The notes beneath the pieces were generated by a model. That model was not told the origin of the DNA. It saw only the letters and a list, made by a program, of their open reading frames with translations, and made no database searches. DNA of 63,770 bases, the filler included, from Octopus bimaculoides (Eukaryota), in NCBI RefSeq assembly GCF_001194135.2. It is 7 parts of 7 records of this genome, joined end to end, with 100 filler letters (N's around TTAATTAATTAA, not from the genome) between each part and the next. Parts side by side here need not be neighbours in the genome. Positions count along the whole stretch, not along the records: positions 1 to 30,669 come from NC_068988.1; positions 30,770 to 34,202 come from NW_026324416.1; positions 34,303 to 40,620 come from NC_068996.1; 4 more parts are not named here. One strand, 5' to 3'. Shown piece by piece: positions 24,584 through 36,365 of this stretch. How positions within the stretch are numbered: the stretch's first letter is position 1; each line of letters opens with the position of its first letter. A program made the position numbers and the translations under genes.

Positions 24584-24971
24584 TCTGGTTAGGGATTGAT
24601 TCGGAGTATGAACACCTACTTGTGTACTACGAGAAATGTTCTCTATGACAAAATACAGTGTACGGTTTTCTTACGGGTTCCAATATGCCTCAAGCGCGCA
24701 CGCACACACACACACAAGCACACACACAAACATACACATATATATGTATGTATGCATGTATGTAGATAAAGTGTTGTAGACATATGAATTTATATCTATA
24801 TTTAAACCTATGTAGTCTTCTATTTTTTAAATTCTTTTTCATGTTTCAGCCCTAACCCTGTGGCCATACTGCGGCAGGTGTATATTTATCTATTTTGATG
24901 ACGGTAATGATAGTAATGATGATGATAATGAGAAGGAGGAAGATGATGAGAATGAAGGGGATGAGGAAGTG

Positions 24972-25055
24972 GAAGAAGAAGAAGAAGAAGAAGAAGAAGA
25001 AGAAGAAGAAGAAGAAGAAGAAGAAGAAGAAGAAGAAGAAGAAGAAGAAGAAGAA
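24972..25055. repeat. (GAA)n microsatellite
   Basis: Read directly; it produces the poly-E/K/F/L ORFs. Confidence 0.97.
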
Positions 25056-26699
25056 GGAGGAGGAGGGGGGAGGAGGAGTGATAATCAAAATGCACGTAAA
25101 ATTACTGAAAGTCAGGAAAATAGAAATTGTAATATTGAAATGCAAGCAAATGTTTCGGCGAAAATTGCACTTTTTTCTTACAGTGACTTCAATAACACAA
25201 TTATTATTTTGATATGAGCTATATAATTCTATTATTATTATTATTTTATAAAATTATATTATAAAGAAAATTTAACAGCTTGCAGCTATTGCACGAACGT
25301 TTCGCTGAAATTTTTCTTCTTTTTCTCCAACGTGTTTTTTCTTCTAATTTTCTTTCATATTTTACTTCTTCTTCCTCTTCTTCTGCCTTTTCTTTTTCTT
25401 TCTCTCTTCCCATTCTTTTCTTTTTTAATTTCCGTTCCTGTTTTCTATTGTTTATTGCAAATACAACGCTTCCCAGTCACACCCCATTAACACATTTCCC
25501 AATTATTTCTTGCACTTTTAATATCTATTCTTTACACCTAAAACATTCCTTGAAATATTACCTTCGTAATTTAATCGTTTATCATTCACTATTACAAAAT
25601 CATTCAGCTCCACTTCATTCAAGTAACCTTTCATTTTAGACGCCATCGCCACACACTGATCTTACTCTATACTCCAAACTTATGTCACTTATATCACTAT
25701 CAATTAATTTTTATATCTTTTTGTTTTGCATCGTTTTACTCACAATTATCCTTTATTTGCCCCAAAATTTTTTTACCGACACTCGCTCTCTTCTGACACG
25801 TACTTTCGATGTCATTATAAAATTCAATAATTTTGATTAATACGTAAGTCTTCATTACTTCTTATTCCAGTAGTTCCTTAGATCTAAAGTACACATAGAA
25901 AACGTGTCAACAGAATCATTTGTTTGTTTTTAATTAAGAAGTGAACCATAAAACCTGCCACGTTGTAAAAACATAGACCAAACTAATTTGGCAATGTGTA
26001 TATAACTACTATTGAAATCAAATGTACTCATTGAGGTAGTAGAATATTTCTTTCCATAATAATAGAGCATTCGGAAAGGATCAAACAAATAAAAACATAT
26101 AAGTGGACGTATATTCGCCTTTAGTTAGACGGGCAAAGATTTAGCGTTCAACATTGCAAAAAATCGTGCACGTTTTTGCATAAGCTTACCTGCAACTCGT
26201 GAAATCCCAACTCCAACAAATTGGGGGATGTCCTGTTTGCCAGAGGTTGTGTGTCTTAAGGTTTTATTAATAACATACCTTGATATGAGGCTTGAGTAAG
26301 ATTCAAGGTAAGATTTACGCTACGGATACACACCCTCGAGGGTAAGATGAGGGCAAAGTATAATATTCTGCTCAGTTTTTCCGAGAAATATTGACTCACG
26401 AAACATTGGTATCACGTGGAGCGTCCTCGATAGGCGACTTTGTCTACTGGGCTGTAATTTGTGACAAACCGAAAAACTCACTAGTAATACTGATTTCACC
26501 AAAGATACAGCTTGTTAATAAATTTCAAACAACCGGTGATTTATATCTTCTAAAGAGGACCCTAAGATTAAGTGGCCAGTATCTTCACAAGGTATGCAAT
26601 CAGAGTTTGCTAGTGGTAAGGCCCATTCCCTTCATTGCTCCATCGTCGTGGTTGAGAAGCACCCGGCTATGATTGTTAAACTGAAATGTTAAAATAACA

Positions 26700-27625
26700 C
26701 CATAGTTTACCAAATATCCCAAAGGAAGATGTCGGTAGTATCCTAATTTTGCGTAGATAGTCTATAGATCGCTATGCAGCCGACGACACAGAGTTCTTTA
26801 ACATAGTGGATGATGCCCCCCAGAGTTCCAGCTTGGAACCACACCCTACCTTTTCATTGTATGTCTACATTATGCTGTATGCATCTCTCTGAATGAGATG
26901 AAAAATAAAAGATTCACTCTTGGGATGCAAAGTCTCTCTTGCACAGCGTGAAAAGTGCTGCTAAAAGTGTTGGTCTCTACGTTGGTCTCGGACAAGATAG
27001 AATATATGATGTACAATCAGAGGGGCAATATTAGTTCCACATGAGAATAATCCACGGAAAACGTTGACAAATTCACATACATCAGAAGTAAAATCGTAGG
27101 GGAAGATATTTTCGCAAGTTATGTGCATATCCGAATCGGCAAAGTCTGGTCAGCTTTAAACAGATAATCAGCGGTCGTAAAACTTCAAGCATTTGAGCAA
27201 TCACTTCCGGTATATGGATGTACAGCATGGACTCTAACAAATATCTTGAAATGCAAATTGATGGAGCTTATAAAAGAATGTTTCGAGCTGCCCTGGATAT
27301 CTCCTGAACACGATGCACTACGTACGGACCTCTCTATGGTAATCTACAACAAATATTCATATCATCAGAGAAAGAACAATTTTCGCTGGACATTGCTGTA
27401 GAGCAAAAGATGAGCTCATCCGTGACTTTCTTCTTTGGAAGCCGAAGCTTGAGTACGCAAATGTTGGTATACCTCGTGGAACCTACACAAAGCGACTGGG
27501 TGACGATTCCGAGTGTATCCGAGAAGATCTACCACGTGCATTGCCGAACCGAACGGACGGGACTGAACGAGTCACGACGATCCGTGCAATAAGCACGACC
27601 GGGTGATAATGATGATGATGATGAC
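26700..27625 (+). mobile_element. RTE-clade LINE, 5'-truncated, degenerate, with (GAT)n tail
   Basis: DTEFFNIVD..., LHSVKSAAKSVGL, VDKFTYI, YGCTAWTL, IDGAYKRMFRAALDIS, FAGHCCRAKDELIRDFLLWKPK, ending in gatgatgatga. The region 26330-26700 may be an upstream part. Confidence 0.8.
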
Positions 27626-27778
27626 AACGAGATATGGTTAAAAAACGATATTAGCTCTTTGAATTTTAGTAAACAATTTGTATTTTCATAAAGATTTAGA
27701 GAGCATTCATTTTATTTTTATTAGTGTCAAACTTCGTGTTAACGTATCGCATTTTAGTTTTCTTGTTTTGAATGTAAA

Positions 27779-27865
27779 TCTATTATGATTTGGGAATGTT
27801 TCCAGTCTATTATGATTTGGGGATGCTTCCAGTCTATTATAATTTGGGGATATTTCCAGTCTATT
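27779..27865. repeat. 27-bp tandem repeat, about 3.2 copies
   Basis: tctattat(g/a)atttggg(a/g)at(g/a)(t/c)ttccag at 27779, 27806 and 27833. Confidence 0.93.
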
Positions 27866-28619
27866 TATTGTTTCTATTAAAATGTTTCTCATGTGACAAT
27901 TACTATGTTTTTATTCAACACATCATTTTCTGTACGATTTCCTGTTGTCATTATTTTGATATTGTTATTAGTTGCTTTGTGCTTATTTTACTTATTACAA
28001 TATAAGTTTCTGTAACATTCACTGATATTCCCGCCACTTCCCATGCACGGATTTGTTACTTGTGGGTTTACAGCAAAATTCATTTCTTATAATTTTTTTC
28101 ATATAATTTTATTCAATAATTTTGTATCATGTTGTTCCGTACACTCTCGTAAATTCCCGATTATTCTGTCATCATTACAGCATACTTCTCTCACAGTGTT
28201 ACGACCTAGAAATATTGAGGTTCAATATATTCCCATTGATTAGTTCTCATTCTACCTGTGCTGATGTATTTCTAAATACCATGCAGAGGAGTATAGTTCA
28301 GTTTAACAATTTTAGTTTTGAAGTTTTCAAAGGTATATAAGCAGCTAGAGGTATATAAGCAAAATCGGTCATACATAAACAATTTATGTATGTTGTTACT
28401 ACGTGGGTCGGCTGCGGTTTTGGGTGGGTGGGGGTCATTAGAAAATATATTCTCTATGCGCCAAGTGTAGAAACACCTGAAAGTAAGTCAGAGTCAAGCT
28501 TAACAACTCACATATATCCCTTCTCGTAGCAACAGACATAGATGTTTTGTCTTTGTTGTGATTTATCAATGCCGAATACCGAGCTGGGCCCGCTACAAGG
28601 CATATCGCCGACTATGACT

Positions 28620-28770
28620 ATATGTTAAATGGTTTAAACGCCCAGAGTTCACGTTCTGAGTTCAATTGCCGCCGAGGTCGACTTTGTCCTTTATACATTC
28701 GTGGTCGATGAAATAATGACCAGTTTAACACTGGTGTTTATTTAATCAACTTACACCCACCGCCGAATTT
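28620..28770 (+). mobile_element. CORE-type SINE, degenerate
   Basis: acgttctgagttcaattgccgccgaggtcgactttg...gtcgatgaaataatgaccagt. Confidence 0.7.
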
Positions 28771-29017
28771 GGAACAAATATTCACGAACTTCTAATGATT
28801 TTCTCACTAATTGACCGTGCTTATTGTGCAGTTAGTATTTTGCATTTGTGCTTTGATCGTGAATATAGTATAAAATATGAAATAACGAGCAACAAGAGGG
28901 ATTATAGTTTGGTGATGAAATTTTACTGCTAATGATATTTTTGCCGCTGCACTTATATCTAAACAGCATGAGATTTATTTTTTCCTTTTGATATTTCTAG
29001 TGGTTCTGAAATAATTA

Positions 29018-29452
29018 TTTCAAATGTTTGCCAGAAGGACAGCTTCGGGAGACGGGGATGCGTCAATTACATCGACCCCAGTGTTCAACTGCTACATATC
29101 TTATCGACTCATAAACGATGAAAGGCAAAATCAACCTTGGCGGAATATGAACTCAGAATGTAGCAACGTGCGAAATACGACTAAGCATTTCGTCCAGCTT
29201 TCTAACTATTCTGCCAGATCGCCGCTGTTAGTTATACTGTAATAATGATTTTAAATTTTTGCCAGCTTAGGGAGGGGATTGATTCGATTACATCGATCCC
29301 AGTGCATAACTGATATTTATTTAATGGAACCTGAAAGGCTGAAAGTGGACTTCGGCGGAATTTGAACTGAGACCGTAACAGCAGACACTAAGTATTTCGC
29401 TGTGCGTGTTATCAGTTCTGCCAGATCGCCGTCTCAGTTATTCTGTAATAAT
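29018..29452 (-). mobile_element. Two tandem CORE-type SINEs (29018-29247 and 29249-29452)
   Basis: Both are reverse complements of the ggcg...ctggcagaa...cttag...gttctgagttc...ggggtcgat family, and both end in gttat(a/t)ctgtaataat. Confidence 0.8.
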
Positions 29453-30394
29453 AACACCAAAATATTACCATTATTACTCCATATTGTCACGGAAAGAAAC
29501 AGAAATATAGTAGAATCTATCATGCGCACTTGATGCATTTCAATCATATTAGTATGGAATTCAACTGGGTAACTTAGAATAATGTAATTGCGTGTCTACA
29601 TATTTGTATTCATTTCTGTGAATTAGTATTTTTGATATAAGTGGATAATTTATTACTGTGTCAATTCATTCTATCATGAAGCGTCTTGTGTATGGAGAAA
29701 TCTATATTTGTTGTAATGAAAACAATGTCATGTTAATTTACATTAGCTTGTTGATTTCCAGATTATATTCTCATAATTTTTTTATGATAAATATATCATA
29801 TTTTAATGATGTGTTTATTGTTAAAGCACATCGATATTTTAGAATTTCAACAGAAGTATTCCTTATTAGTAAACGAATTAATTTCACTTTCTAAACTGTA
29901 ATAGATATATGAAAGTAAAAAAAAAAAACAGAAAAGAAAAGCATCGTGCATATATATTAATTCTTTTATTCGTTGTTGTTGTTTAAGACATTTATAAGAT
30001 ATTGTGTTAATCACATACTGTAGATGTGTATTTTTATCCTCATAATGCAGCTTAATTTGTATTAAATATTTTTACTAATACTTCAAAACAAATGACATTT
30101 GCATAGTGCAGAAAATGGAGTAAAGAGGATGATATAAGAATGTTGAGAGGACAACAATGAAAACATATTTTAGAAATAAAATACATGGAAACAATGGGCC
30201 CAGAATACAGAACATTAGAAAGAGAGAAAATATCAAGATATATATAGATACTGCGCGATTTGGCAATTTTATTTACTACTGTTATGATAAAATGTTCATA
30301 ATGTGATAAGCTTTGGTACACATGTCTGGATGAAGGTTAACAAATGCATAAATAATGAACTGCCTAAGGTCTTGAGTACTTCTTGGCTTCCTCT

Positions 30395-30650
30395 GACTTA
30401 CAAATTTGGCCTTCTTGACTTACAAACTGTTTGAAAAATTCTGACTTGCGACAGGATCATTCTCCAGAACTCCGTCAATTAGGCGCGGAATGTAAGGTTT
30501 CATATTGAGTTTTCTAAGTATTTTATGTAGTGATGTTCGTTTGATACCAATTTCTGAACCCGCACGGTGACTTGATTTCTTTGGGCGTCTTAGATATGCC
30601 TCAGCAACCATACCATAAAGTTTTCCCCTTAACGGTATGGCAACTTTACA
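30395..30650 (-). mobile_element. Tc1/mariner-superfamily transposase fragment (HTH region)
   Basis: ORF 30420-30611, RRPKKSSHRAGSEIGIKRTSLHKILRKLNMKPYIPRL, matches the SP-x-KS-x-R...I-x-x-SL-x-RIL...PY HTH pattern. Confidence 0.7.
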
Positions 30651-30713
30651 AATACCATGTATATATATANNNNNNNNNNNNNNNNNNNNNNNNNNNNNNN
30701 NNNNNNNNNNNNN

Positions 30714-30725
30714 TTAATTAATTAA
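30714..30725. other. Assembly gap spacer TTAATTAATTAA (44N + 12 bp + 44N); also at 34247, 40665, 48037, 51190 and 62535
   Basis: An identical 12-mer with stops in all six frames is centred in six 100-bp gaps. It is a scaffolding artefact. Confidence 0.95.
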
Positions 30726-30974
30726 NNNNNNNNNNNNNNNNNNNNNNNNNNNNNNNNNNNNNNNNNNNNGTGGGCAATAAAGAAATAAATATTGTATACG
30801 ATTTGAGATATTTGCCTTATGTTTGAAATCTGCTATGGCCTCATTACTACCATATCTCGGTTATAACTTTCGAGCCCTAGTAATCCATTACAGCACTTAC
30901 CTAGCGTACCTAATCGTTTAGACTACCTGTGAACTAAACCCCCATACTTTATACATACATACATACATACATAT

Positions 30975-31155
30975 AAAAGCACCCATAACACTCTTGGAGT
31001 GGTTGGCGTTAGGAAGGGCATCCAGCCGTAGAAACTCTGCCAAATCAGATTGGAGCCTGATGCAGCCTTCTGACTTGCCAGTCCTCAGTCAAACCATCCA
31101 ACCCATGCCAGCATGGAAAATGGATGTTAAACGACGACGATGATGATGATGATGA
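30975..31155 (+). mobile_element. SINE/LINE 3' tail of RTE type with (GAT)n end
   Basis: ggttggcgttaggaagggcatccagccgtagaaac...aacccatgccagcatggaaaatggatgttaaacgacgacgatgatg. Reverse copies lie at 43640-43990, 45345-45720 and 59545-59820. Confidence 0.8.
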
Positions 31156-31642
31156 CATACACATGTAACATACATACATATAAAAGCACCCATANNNNNN
31201 NNNNNNNNNNNNNNNNNNNNNNNNNNNNNNNNNNNNNNNNNNNNNNNNNNNNNNNNNNNNNNNNNNNNNNNNNNNNNNNNNNNNNNNNNNNNNNNNNNNN
31301 NNNNNNNNNNNNNNNNNNNNNNNNNNNNNNNNNNNNNNNNNNNNNNNNNNNNNNNNNNNNNNNNNNNNNNNNNNNNNNNNNNNNNNNNNNNNNNNNNNNN
31401 NNNNNNNNNNNNNNNNNNNNNNNNNNNNNNNNNNNNNNNNNNNNNNNNNNNNNNNNNNNNNNNNNNNATATAAAGACAAAGGAAGCAGTCAGAATTCTTC
31501 AAGAAAAATTCAAACCAGGATCTTGGTTTTAATTTTTCTTGAAGGGTTTGGTTAAACAAAAAGTGCTTAGAAAGAATTATCCAAATTTCAAACTGCATCC
31601 TTTTTCTTTGTACACAATATCTGTGCACCATTTCAAACATTC

Positions 31643-31678
<36 letters not shown>

Positions 31679-31977
31679 AATACATACAATTACGTGTGTG
31701 TGTATATGTATACTTAGATATGTAAATAAAATTTCAGTCAGAATTGGCCAGGCAGTGACTACTAACTTCATTGCACTGTCTGTACAAGGCATTTAGTGAT
31801 GGTTCATATTACAGGCATTCTTTGGGTACCCTAGACATCCATTGGAGTAAAGAGTTATTGTCTGCAGAGAAGATATATCCTGGTAGACATTGTTTATCTG
31901 GAATTGGTTTGAACGTTATGAGATCTTTTGCGTCTTTTTTCTTATATGTCCTGGCAGGATGTTAAAGACAGCAGAAC

Positions 31978-32340
31978 CATGGGCGCAGTCGTGGCTTCCC
32001 AACCACATGGTTCCGGATTCAGTCCCACTGCGTGGCACCTTGGGCAAGTGTCTTCTACTATAGCCTCAGGCTGACCAAAGCCTTGTGAGTGGATTTGGTA
32101 GATGGAAACTGAAAGAAGACCATCATATGTATATATGTATATATATATATACTGAATAGGTGACCTCAAATCAAAAGGCACCACACAGGTCATGTGTGTG
32201 TGTGTGTGTGTGTATTTGTCTGTGTGTTTGACACCCCCATTACCACTTAATAACTGTGTTTGTGTGTTTACATCCCTGTAAATTAGTGGTTTGGCAAAAA
32301 AGGCCCATGGAATAAGTACTAGACTTTAAAAGTATATATA
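31978..32340 (+). mobile_element. Abundant tRNA-head SINE with a 43-bp foreign insert in its central (TA)n
   Basis: Head gtggcttcccaaccacatggttccggattcagtcccactgcg and 3' half gtgtttacatccctgtaaattag...aataagtactag. The insert 32151-32193 matches 32504-32546. Confidence 0.8.
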
Positions 32341-32961
32341 TGCATCTATATATGTATGTGTGTATGCACACGTGTGTGTGTGTGTGTATCTCTCTCTCTA
32401 TCAATAAATATTTGTGTATGTGTGTGTGTGTGTGTGTGTATCTCTCTCTGTTTATATATATAAATGTGTGTGTGTATGTGTGTACACCATACCACCTGTG
32501 AGAACTGAATAGGTGACCCCAAATCAAGAGGCACCACACAGGTCATCTTTTCACAACAACACAACAACACTGACCACTCCAAGACATTCCTTTTCTTTTA
32601 TTCTTGATGGACTTTACTCTCCCTCCCCTCTCTTCCCAACATCTTTCTTCTTCTTCTTCTTCTTCTTCTTCTTCTTCTTCTTCTTCTCCACATGCTTTTG
32701 TATTTATATATATACATATGCATATGTGTGTGTTCTTTTATATTTGTTTTTCCTGCTTTTTGTGTATATATTTTTTTGTATACATACTTGTAAGAAAATC
32801 TCTTTTCCTATTTTAAACAACCAGCAAAACATAGGATTTTCAGAGTAACTCAGTGTAAACATCATTATTATTAAGATGACAACAAAAAATCACCCCCACC
32901 CCAAAAAAGCCATCTCTATTCATTTTTTCAAATACACAGACACCATACACACACACACACA

Positions 32962-33075
32962 CATAGGTGCAGGAGTGGCTGTGTGGTAAGCAGCTTGCTA
33001 ACCAACCACATGGTTCCAGGTTCAGTCCCACTGCATGGCACTTTGGGCAAGTGTCTTCTACTATAGCCTTGGGCC
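32962..33075 (+). mobile_element. Abundant tRNA-head SINE, 5' part
   Basis: gcaggagtggctgtgtggtaagcagcttgc...agtgtcttctactatagccttgggcc. Confidence 0.85.
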
Positions 33076-33344
33076 GTGTCCTTTTTTTCCATTCTTGCTT
33101 TTGTATACATTCGCTGCTTTCTTCCAAGGAATCTAATGCTCTTAGCTTAGTTTTTCCTTGGGGCTGGCCAGATTGGAGCAATCTCGACTATAACCAGCCG
33201 AAATTGCAAAGATAATCTGGAACTCGACTGATTAAAGAAAACTCCGAATGACCCATCCTTGTTTTCTTTGTATCGTCTATCTGGATGTTTTGTTGCCCCT
33301 TTTTTGTACCACCTAACTGTCTGGATGTTTTGCGTTCTTGTCCC

Positions 33345-33447
33345 AAACGTCTCGGTCTCTTCTCATTGCCTCTGTGAGACCCAATGTTCAAAGGTCATGC
33401 TTCACCACCTCATCCCACGTCTTCCTGGGTCTACCTCTTCCACAGGA
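33345..33447 (-). mobile_element. RTE-BovB-like LINE 3' coding fragment
   Basis: Minus strand CGRGRPRKTWDEVVKHDL*TLGLTEAM carries the GRP-x-KTW motif. Confidence 0.7.
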
Positions 33448-34302
33448 TAAAAATTATACACGGTCTAGGTTAGAAGAAGGGAGGTATATATAGTATATGA
33501 CACTAGAAAAAGAGGAAGGAAAAAAGGGGTCATGATGGGATCCCCCTGATTCAGGAGGCCCTCAAGGGAGCGGTAGCTCATTTATAGGCACTGTGGAACT
33601 GCAGCACTCCCTATTTCCAATCGATATTATCAACAACATTCAATATAATGAGTCCTTTTTTTCTTGAATTCTTTCCTTATACATTATATCTTTCCTTGTA
33701 CATTATATAATCCTTAAGTTTAATGTCAGTAGCCATCCCCTAGTTTATGAAAAAAAATACAAAAATCCTTGTGTAAAACTGTGCGCTTCACAGTTCCAGT
33801 GATGTGGTGCTTGACTGTTGTTTGTATACTCACATATCCGAGGGAGAGAGCGAGCACTTAGTGAATGACAGTACCGACCCCGGTGTTCCTGTAGAAGGTA
33901 GTATTTCCTTTTTGTCTCCGCATATGTTGTGCTTAAAAACGTGTTTATATTCTTGAATATGATAAAGCGTAGAATTTAATTATCATCCTGCTCCCAGTTA
34001 CAGCGTTGCTGCCAGGATTTGAAAAATAGTGGGGCTTTTCCCCCCTTATTTTGTGATCTAGGGAGAATGCCCTTCAGTAGCACTGCCAGGCAAGGGATTT
34101 CTGGAAGTTATCCATAGGCCCTGGCCCAAAAGTTCTCTGAGACAGACCAGTTAGTTGCTCTTCCTAATAATAATAATAATGATAATAATAATAATTAATT
34201 CGNNNNNNNNNNNNNNNNNNNNNNNNNNNNNNNNNNNNNNNNNNNNTTAATTAATTAANNNNNNNNNNNNNNNNNNNNNNNNNNNNNNNNNNNNNNNNNN
34301 NN

Positions 34303-34455
<153 letters not shown>

Positions 34456-34469
34456 CATCTTCTTGACTC

Positions 34470-35095
34470 AGGATTCATCTTATTACTAGTAGAACTTACG
34501 TGGTATCATGTTACTACTTGTAATCTTACATATCCAATTGATTTCTATAAGTCATCATATACTCAATACCCTTCTGTTGATCTATCCTGTTCCTAAAAGG
34601 ATAACCTTCATGTAAAAGTGCTATAGAAAACTCCATTCTATTATCATTTATCTATTTTATTTGTCTGTTTCATCACTCAGAGTACCTAAAGTACCAATTA
34701 TCGCAGAAACAATCTTTACAGATTTGATCTTCTAAATCCCCGAAATTTCAAAATTTAAGGGATTTTTTTCGATTCAAACTACTCGTTCTACCCGCTTCTT
34801 GTACGATATACCTCCTGCTTCAAATTCCCATTTTTGGAAGAGACCCCAGTGTAAAACTTTTACAACTTAATAATGTCTCAGTTTCTTATACTCTCCTTGA
34901 CTCAAACTGGAACATTCTGCAACAATGTGTACCATTGTTTTACCCCCAAATTCCACATACATTATATTTTTCCGACACATCACCAAACACATATTTTCTC
35001 AAGCTGGTTATTTGCAGCGCTCTATGTTGTACTGGTATAATTGTGCTCGCTGTTTATTTTTTCAACGGTTCTTTCTTTAACCAAGTCCAGCCTTT
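34470..35095 (-). mobile_element. Highly degenerate R4/Dong-like 3' part
   Basis: Minus strand VHIVAECSSLSQGEYKKLRH...VLHWGL (CCHC region) and IIGTLGTL. The 3' end abuts the (TAC)n(TAA)n array. Confidence 0.65.
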
Positions 35096-35106
35096 CCCAC
35101 CACGTA

Positions 35107-36365
35107 CGAGGTGATATCAAAAGTTCTCGGGCTAGTTCTGTAGTGCACTAACAGAAGGCAGCACACGTTTGTGTGCACAATGAGAGCTTGCAGTCAACTT
35201 CATGAGGTAGTGGACTGAGTGACATTGCTGTGTTTCCTTTACAAGTTGTGAAATTTATGTTTTTGTGATTACGTGTATGCTGCAGCCTGCGATTTTGTTA
35301 TGGACAGGAACAAAGAGCCAGCGTGAAATTTAGCGTTAAACTTGGAAAGTCTGCTACAGAGACATTGAGTATGCTTTGGCAAGCCTACAGCGGTTTTAAA
35401 GCGCCTATGCCACGTACACCTGCCACGTGTGTCAACCACGGAAATGCGGAGGAAATTCATCACCTTGTGCATGAGGATCGTCGGAGGAAAATCAACGATA
35501 TCACGTTTCTGATATTGTTGGTCTGCCGTAAGGGTCCATGCAAGCAATCCTAACGTCTGAACGGAATATGTGGCGTGTCTCTGATGAGTTTGTCTCCTGC
35601 CTGCTGACCACTGAGCAGAAAGAACATCGCGTCGAAGTCTGTCAAGATACCCGACAACATGCCGCTGATGACCCATCCTTCATGCCGGAAATCGTCACCA
35701 GTGACAAGAGTTACGTCTAGGAGTAACGTCTAGGAGTATGGCCCTGAGATAAAGCAGCAGTCGTCACAATAGAGTGACCCTTCATCTTATGCCCGAAGAC
35801 GGTACGACAGAGATGCAACTCAATTAAGAGCATGTTTAATGCTATTTTCGACATCTGAAGTATTGTGTATCGAGAATTATTCGGCCCCCATGGCAGACTG
35901 TCAATCGAGAGATCTACTGAGATGTTCTGAAACGTTTGAGGAAAGACATTAGGCGAAAGTGACCGTATCTGTGGAGAGCGAAGTATTGGATTCTTCCCGA
36001 TGACAATGAACCCTGCTACAGAGCTCTCCACACTCGTGAGTTTCTCGCCAAAAAATACATGATATCGCTGCCACCCTATGCGCTAGATTTAGCACGTGTG
36101 GTCTCCCAACTCTTCTCAAAGATAAAAATACAGCACAAAGGTCACTGTTTTAACCCAGTTGTCAAGAGCCAGAGCGAATGGCAGAAGGTCCTCGACTCGT
36201 TTACGGAAAACGACATACATGCCGAATTCCAAAAGTGGCAAGAACGCTGGGACGGTGTATCGCTGTGCAAGGTAACTATTTCGAAGGAGATTGTATGAAA
36301 ACTTAGGCAACTAAGTTATGTGATATTAAACATAACTGGTCCAGGAAAGTTTTGACATCATCTCG
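35107..36365 (+). mobile_element. Mariner (DD34D-type) transposon, full length, inactivated
   Basis: TA|CGAGGTGATATCAAAAGTT...AAAGTTTTGACATCATCTCG|TA, 1259 bp. Peptides: EQRASVKFSVKLGKSATETLSML; LLTTEQKEHRV...IVTSDKSYV; DNEPC; LPPYALDLA. Confidence 0.92.

Noticed and set aside
24852-25217. Poly-E/K/F/L ORFs, and poly-I/L/S/VC ORFs elsewhere
   Set aside because: These are translations of (GAA)n, (ATT)n and (GT)n microsatellites with no splice or homology support.
30714-30725. Recurring palindromic TTAATTAATTAA (six copies) as a biological motif
   Set aside because: It is always centred in 44N+44N gaps and has stops in all six frames, so it is a scaffolding spacer.
33085-33340. Additional hammerhead in an unclassified repeat (ctgattaaagaaaactccgaat; ggctgg...ccagccgaaa)
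   Set aside because: The core nucleotides are not intact and no consistent stems I and III can be drawn.
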